The notes under the pieces were generated by a model. That model saw only the letters and a list, made by a program, of their open reading frames with translations, did no database searches and was not told the DNA's origin. From the NCBI GenBank assembly GCA_043821645.1, contig JBDRCO010000042.1, forward strand, positions 26,457 through 90,456: a stretch of DNA of 64,000 nt, written 5' to 3'. The translations under genes and the position numbers were made by a program. Source of the stretch: Pseudomonadota bacterium (GTDB taxonomy: Bacteria > Myxococcota > JACRCW01 > JAFGSX01). Every line of letters begins with the position of its first letter. Within the stretch, counting starts at the first letter, position 1. Shown here piece after piece: positions 58,906-64,000 of this stretch.

Positions 58906-60741
58906 ATGAGCGGTGCCGTGAAACAGCAAGAAGGTGGCTCCTCCCTGCCCGGGAGCACTCTGGTTCCCTTCGCGCCCCTGCGCAGCCGCGTTATTTTCAA
59001 TGACCTGGCGCGCCTGGCCACGGTGACCCTGTTCGCGACCTGGGGTCTGTTCACGCGCTACGACCAGCCCATGCTCATGCTGGTGATGGCTGGCCTGGTG
59101 TCGCTGGCAGTGCTTTTCCTGCTGCTGCAGTGGCGACGGCCGGTCCCGACCTGGCTTGCTGCAGGCATTGCCGTGACCGACGTGCTGGGCATCGCGGTGG
59201 TGACCCACCTGCTGGGCAGCCAGACCTCGCAGCTCGCCGTGTTCTTCATCGTGCTGGTGGCGACCCACGCGCTGATCGCCGGCTGGCGCGTCGGCCTGGT
59301 GGCCTACCTGGCGAGTGTGACCTGTTACGGGGCCACACTGTGGCTGGAGCACATCGGCACGCTGACCTACGCACCACTTGTGGATCCCCTCACCCGCCAC
59401 AGCCACAAGTCGCACTTCTCGGCGGCGATGATCATCGGCACCGCTCTGACGGCGCTGGCCGTGTTCTTGACCTTGACCCTGCGCTGGCTCGAGCGCGAGC
59501 AGCGCGCGGCCCTGCGCATGCAGCAGGACAGCGAGCAAGCCCGCGAACGCGCCCTGGCACTCGAGCGCCAGCTCACCACGGCACACCGGCTCGAGGCCGT
59601 GGGGCGTCTCGCCGGCGGGGTGGCGCATGACTTCAATAACCTGCTCACCTTGATCCTGGGCTACGCGCGTCACGTGCAGCGCGCGCTGCCCGCGGACAGC
59701 GCGGGTCGCAGCGACCTCGACGAGGTGGTGCAGGCGGCCAAGCGTGCCTCGGGCCTGACCCAGCAACTGCTCGCCTTCAGCCGGCGGCAGCGTGGCGAGC
59801 GCATTCCCATGGATCTCAACGCGGCGGTTCAGGGTCTGGTGCGGACCCTGGGCCGGGTGCTGGGGGAGGACATTCACCTCGAGCCGCGCTGGTGCGAGGG
59901 CCTGCTGCGCATTCACGCCGACCCCGCGCAGATCGACCAGGTGCTCCTGCATCTGTCCCTCAACGCGCGCGATGCCATGCCTCACGGGGGGCGGCTCGTG
60001 ATCGAGACGCGCCGGCACAGTACGGTTCCACCCGATCTGGACGCGCCAGGACTTCGCCCCGGCCCCCTGGCCGAGCTGCGGGTGCAGGACAGCGGCGTCG
60101 GCATGGACAAGGCCACCCTGGAGCACATCTTCGAGCCCTTTTTCACGTCGAAGAAACGGGCACAGGGCACGGGGCTCGGACTGTCCACGGTGTACGGCAT
60201 CGTCGAGCAGATGGGTGGAGCGGTGCGCGTGCAGTCCTCACCGGGTGCTGGCGCCGAGTTCCGGGTGTTGCTGCCGCTGCTGGAGGAGGATCTGGCGCGG
60301 GAGGAGACCCCGGCCGCGGGCATCGAGGTGGACAGCCTGCGCGGCCGTGAGCAGGTGCTGGTGGTCGAGGATGACGCCAAGGTGTTGCTGCTGGTGACCG
60401 AGGTGTTGCGCAGCCAGGGATACCAGGTGTCCACGGCGGCGAACGCCGAGGACGCACTGCACCTGGTCGCGGCCCAGCCGCGGGTGCTCGATCTCTTGCT
60501 GGTCGACGTGGTGCTCCCGGGCCTGTCCGGTCCGGTGCTGGCCGAGCAGCTCCGGGTGCGCCAGGGCTCGCTGCGCGTGCTGTTCATGTCCGGTCACGAC
60601 GGCGACCTGCTGGCACAGCGCGGGCTGGCCGACGAGGAGCAGGAACTGTTGCACAAGCCGTTCTCGGAGTACGAGCTGCTGCGGCGCGTGCGCCGGAGCC
60701 TGGATCGCGCCATGCCCGCGGCAGGAGAGGAACGCGCATGA
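58906..60741 (+). CDS. Hybrid sensor histidine kinase/response regulator (CckA-like architecture) with a multi-TM input domain
   Basis: About 6 TM helices, 'GGVAHDFNNLL', 'FEPFFTSK', 'GTGLGLS', and a C-terminal REC 'LVDVVLP...FMSG...KPF'. Confidence 0.92.
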   Translation: MSGAVKQQEGGSSLPGSTLVPFAPLRSRVIFNDLARLATVTLFATWGLFTRYDQPMLMLVMAGLVSLAVLFLLLQWRRPVPTWLAAGIAVTDVLGIAVVTHLLGSQTSQLAVFFIVLVATHALIAGWRVGLVAYLASVTCYGATLWLEHIGTLTYAPLVDPLTRHSHKSHFSAAMIIGTALTALAVFLTLTLRWLEREQRAALRMQQDSEQARERALALERQLTTAHRLEAVGRLAGGVAHDFNNLLTLILGYARHVQRALPADSAGRSDLDEVVQAAKRASGLTQQLLAFSRRQRGERIPMDLNAAVQGLVRTLGRVLGEDIHLEPRWCEGLLRIHADPAQIDQVLLHLSLNARDAMPHGGRLVIETRRHSTVPPDLDAPGLRPGPLAELRVQDSGVGMDKATLEHIFEPFFTSKKRAQGTGLGLSTVYGIVEQMGGAVRVQSSPGAGAEFRVLLPLLEEDLAREETPAAGIEVDSLRGREQVLVVEDDAKVLLLVTEVLRSQGYQVSTAANAEDALHLVAAQPRVLDLLLVDVVLPGLSGPVLAEQLRVRQGSLRVLFMSGHDGDLLAQRGLADEEQELLHKPFSEYELLRRVRRSLDRAMPAAGEERA

Positions 60742-62690
60742 GATGTCAAAGGTGGTTCTGCGGGCGCGCCTGCCTCGCCGTCCTGCTTGCCGGTGTGGTC
60801 TCCTGCGAGACCTGTGCGCCCGAGGACCCGCGTCCTCCCGAGCAGTGCCTGGCGGCCAGTGCCAGCGCCCAGGGGCCCTGGTTCAGCGACATGACGGACC
60901 AGCTGGGCCTGGGTGACGACGGGCTGGCCGTGAACGCCAACCTGGTGGCGAGCGCGGACATCGACGGCGACCACTGGCCAGACCTGCTGGTCTCCAGGAA
61001 CGTCCAGGGTCTGCGCGACGCGGCCTCAGCGCCCGCCTTTCACCAGCGCCTGTTGCGCAACCGCCGCGGCCAGGGCTTCGAGGACGTGACCTTCTCGTCG
61101 GGCTTCACCGATACCCGCGACGGGGCCCAGGGGCGCGCCTCGCAGTGGGCCCTGTTTCTCGACATGGACAACGACGGCGACCAGGACGCCTTCAGCGCCT
61201 CCTTCTTTGGCTACGGCACCGTCGACACCGGAGACCGCAGCGAGATCCTGCGCAACCGGGGCGACGGGACCTTCGAGCTGGGGCCGCAGAATATCTTCAG
61301 CGCCGACCCACAGTACGACGCCGTCATCTCGGCCACGGTGCTCGACACCGACCGCGATGGTTTCCTCGACCTGTTCGTGGGCCACCACTACGCGCGCTAC
61401 GGCTACCTGGCCACGGCCGGGCAGGACAGCCTGTACCGGGGCCTGGGTCAGGGTGGCTTTGATGATGTCACCGCCGCCGCGGGTCTGAGCACGCGTGCGG
61501 TCAACGCGCTCAGCCTGGCCAATGGCACCAATCACCGCCCGACCTGGGGCGTCAGCTCCTGCGACGTCGATGGCGACGGCCGCCAGGATCTGCTGGTGTC
61601 GAGCTATGGCCGTCAGTTCAATCTGCTGTGGCACGATCGAGGCGACGGGACCTTCGAGGACCTTGCTCAGGGTGCTGGCTTTGCCGCCGACGACCAGCAG
61701 GACTATTCACGCAACGACTACTACCGTTGCCACTGCCGCAACTACGGCACCACCTGCAGCCCGATGCCGCCGCGGCCTCGCATCACCTGCCCGAGCACGG
61801 ATCCCTGGGAGGAGGGCCTCGATGACCAACCCTCCCGGCTGGGCGGCAACAGTGTGCTGTCGTCCTGCGGCGACCTGGACCACGACGGCGACCTGGATCT
61901 GCTGCAGGTCGAGCTCAGGCACTGGACCTTCGAGTTCGACAGCGATCGCACCGAGCTGCTGTACAACGACGGAGTGGGGGCGGGTGGTCGCTATGCACGT
62001 CCCGGCAACGACACCACGGGCCTGACCCGCGTCCACGCCACCACGGCCTGGAACGAGGGCGACCTGGGCGGTGCCCTGTTCGACTTCGATCACGACGGGA
62101 GGCTGGATGCGGTGATCACCTCGTCGGACTACCCGGACACCACCTCGCTGCTGTGGCGCCAGGGCGAGGACGGCCGCTTCGTCAACGTCACCGCCGAATC
62201 GGGGCTGCAGTGGCCGCGCGCCCACGGCATCAGCCTGGTCGACCTGGACAGGGACGGTGACCTCGACGTGGTGCTGGGCACCTCGATGGCACGCTGGTAC
62301 GCCGACGAGATACCCCCGCGCCCGGCGCGTGGCGCCCTGCGCGTGTTTCGCAACGACGTGGGCCAGGACGTGAACCGCCTGCTCATCGACCTCGAGGGCG
62401 GGCCCGGCATGAACCGCGATGCCATCGGTGCCCGCGTCATCGTGCGCGCGGGCGACGATCTGTACCTGCGCGAGGCCCAGAGCAGCCACGGGCTCGCCGG
62501 GCAGCAGTTTGACAAGATGCTCATCATCGGCGTGGGGCCGCACTGCACCGTCGACAGCGTCGAGGTGCGCTGGCCCGACGCGGCGGGCACCACCACCACC
62601 TACCGCGACGTGCGCGCCAACTACGTGCTGCGCATCCACTCCGCGGATGGCCTGCGCTATCAGGATCTGGACGCGTACGCCAAGCGGTGA
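60738..62690 (+). CDS. FG-GAP/VCBS-repeat beta-propeller protein with C-terminal ASPIC/UnbV domain (CRTAC1-like), probable lipoprotein
   Basis: About seven DxDxDGxxD repeats, 'NRDAIGARV', 'VEVRWP', and a lipobox-like 'VVSC'. ATGA overlap with the kinase. Confidence 0.88.
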   Translation: MRCQRWFCGRACLAVLLAGVVSCETCAPEDPRPPEQCLAASASAQGPWFSDMTDQLGLGDDGLAVNANLVASADIDGDHWPDLLVSRNVQGLRDAASAPAFHQRLLRNRRGQGFEDVTFSSGFTDTRDGAQGRASQWALFLDMDNDGDQDAFSASFFGYGTVDTGDRSEILRNRGDGTFELGPQNIFSADPQYDAVISATVLDTDRDGFLDLFVGHHYARYGYLATAGQDSLYRGLGQGGFDDVTAAAGLSTRAVNALSLANGTNHRPTWGVSSCDVDGDGRQDLLVSSYGRQFNLLWHDRGDGTFEDLAQGAGFAADDQQDYSRNDYYRCHCRNYGTTCSPMPPRPRITCPSTDPWEEGLDDQPSRLGGNSVLSSCGDLDHDGDLDLLQVELRHWTFEFDSDRTELLYNDGVGAGGRYARPGNDTTGLTRVHATTAWNEGDLGGALFDFDHDGRLDAVITSSDYPDTTSLLWRQGEDGRFVNVTAESGLQWPRAHGISLVDLDRDGDLDVVLGTSMARWYADEIPPRPARGALRVFRNDVGQDVNRLLIDLEGGPGMNRDAIGARVIVRAGDDLYLREAQSSHGLAGQQFDKMLIIGVGPHCTVDSVEVRWPDAAGTTTTYRDVRANYVLRIHSADGLRYQDLDAYAKR

Positions 62691-62779
62691 AGCTGGCGGT
62701 CCTTGGCCCCGTCCGCCCCGAGCATGCCCTTGGCCGCCGTGTGCACCCCGCGTGGCCCGAGGACCCGAAGCGCTGGCGA

Positions 62780-64000
62780 TCAGATCGACGGCGGCGGCGG
62801 GGTCTCGGGAAAGCGAAAGCGCTCGAGCACATGAACGGGTCTGGCGAAACCGAGCACCTCGGCGAGGTCGAGCACCGGCTTGTCCGGCACCAGGCGATCG
62901 AAGATCTGGTGGATCTCGTTCGAGGTGAACTCGACCTCGCGGGTTCGGCCCGCGGCCTTGATGCTGACACCCACGGGCTGGAACAGGTTGACGTAGGCGT
63001 TGACGTCGGGATCGTAGATGTCGATGAAGACCCCGCTGAAGCTGGCAAAGGCATCGTCGCGAAAGCCCTCGGCGCGCACCGCGTCGACCAGGCGGTTGTG
63101 CTCGATGTTGGCGTGGGTCACTGCGGCCTTGAGGGGATAGGGCGCCAGCTTCGAGGACAGGATGTACTTCATGTAGGGCAAGAAGCGTTGCGTGGGGACT
63201 CCGCCATCCAGCTCGGCGCGCGAGTCGAAGATGTGAAAGTACTCCGCGGTCAGCTCGCCACCAATCGGGGTCTTGTCGCGTGAGGTGAACACCCCGGCCT
63301 TGCCCTCGGGCAGGGCTTCGAGAAAACGCGGCGATGCCGAGAACAGCGAGCGCCCTGCGATCTTGTGGGTGAAGGGCTTGTTGACGTCGTAGGGCACCGG
63401 ACCCGAGGCGAGGTTCTCGATGTCCACCAGTAGCTTGATGTGGTGGCTGCTCCAGCTCGGCTGCAGGTATTCGTTGGGGATGGAGATCAGGACCTGCCAG
63501 CCGTCGGGGCTGAACAGGAAGATGCTCTTGCAGGCGTCGTCGTAGACCTCCTTGAAGGGCGCCATGATCCCCATCAGGTATCCGCAGTCGGCCGAGGGCT
63601 CGCGCTCGCGCATGGGGCGCACGATGCAGCCGAACTTCTCGGGCACGGTGGCGCAGTAGCCAACATGGGCGCCGCCGAAGTCGATGTTGGTGCGCGAATG
63701 GTGCACGGCCGCGGGCAGCGTCATGCTGTTGAAGCAGCCCCCCAGCCCGCCCTTGTCGAAGGGATAATGGCCCGTGTAGGCGTACAGGCAGAGGTCGACC
63801 CCGAACACCGACTCGTCCGCGCACTTCCACTTGCAGGGCAGGGCGATCTTGGGGTCGTAGATGAAGCCCGTATCCCGCACCAGGCTGGATTTGAGGAATG
63901 CGATCGCCTTGCCCACGAAGTCCTGGAACAGGTATGGCGGCTCCTGGAACAGGACGATGGTCTCCTGCACGCTCGGCAGCAGGGAGTTCGGGTCGCAGTA
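62780..64000 (-). CDS. LCIB/LCIC-like beta-carbonic-anhydrase-family protein; N-terminus lies outside the window
   Basis: Frame is open to the window edge. 'CADE', 'PFDKGGLGG', 'AAVHH', 'GAHVG', 'G...R', 'DCG' match the LCIB Cys/His/Cys zinc pattern. Confidence 0.6.
   Translation of the reverse strand, partial: YCDPNSLLPSVQETIVLFQEPPYLFQDFVGKAIAFLKSSLVRDTGFIYDPKIALPCKWKCADESVFGVDLCLYAYTGHYPFDKGGLGGCFNSMTLPAAVHHSRTNIDFGGAHVGYCATVPEKFGCIVRPMREREPSADCGYLMGIMAPFKEVYDDACKSIFLFSPDGWQVLISIPNEYLQPSWSSHHIKLLVDIENLASGPVPYDVNKPFTHKIAGRSLFSASPRFLEALPEGKAGVFTSRDKTPIGGELTAEYFHIFDSRAELDGGVPTQRFLPYMKYILSSKLAPYPLKAAVTHANIEHNRLVDAVRAEGFRDDAFASFSGVFIDIYDPDVNAYVNLFQPVGVSIKAAGRTREVEFTSNEIHQIFDRLVPDKPVLDLAEVLGFARPVHVLERFRFPETPPPPSI

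Overview
GC-rich, gene-dense chromosomal window, most likely from a myxobacterium-like (Myxococcota/deltaproteobacterial) organism. This is inferred from MopE-type Cys/Asp motifs, myxobacterial PilZ, DUF4388 and HhH proteins, and two sigma54 activators. About 45 real genes are present; most other long ORFs in the track are antisense or off-frame GC shadows. Main blocks: (1) a surface-glycan locus (GT-C-like protein, flippase, GT2, two GT4; then methyltransferase, sulfatase-like protein, YfhO-like protein, OPA-family MFS, GH36-like hydrolase). It is interrupted by an inverted five-gene module of GNAT-deacetylase fusion, lysine 2,3-aminomutase, two Ddl-like ATP-grasp ligases and a GNAT. (2) A radical SAM/SPASM and alpha/beta hydrolase pair preceded by a hidden 25-codon ORF. 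(3) Signalling genes. (4) A yfa/mag-type alpha-2-macroglobulin operon with an intact CLEQ thioester motif and a frameshifted multi-domain YfaQ-like gene. (5) A sigma54 module readable directly from DNA (-24/-12 promoter, tandem activator sites, divergent GAF-EBP) in front of an orphan HicB-like mini-gene and an HhH-repeat lipoprotein. (6) HtrA and iorA-iorB-ADP-forming acyl-CoA synthetase. (7) A partial LCIB-like beta-carbonic anhydrase at the right edge. The most unexpected non-coding signal is a ~69-nt structured element found twice, 24 kb apart, each time in sense orientation inside an operon spacer. I saw no rRNA, tRNA, CRISPR array, integrase or transposase. All family calls are by motif recognition, not database search.
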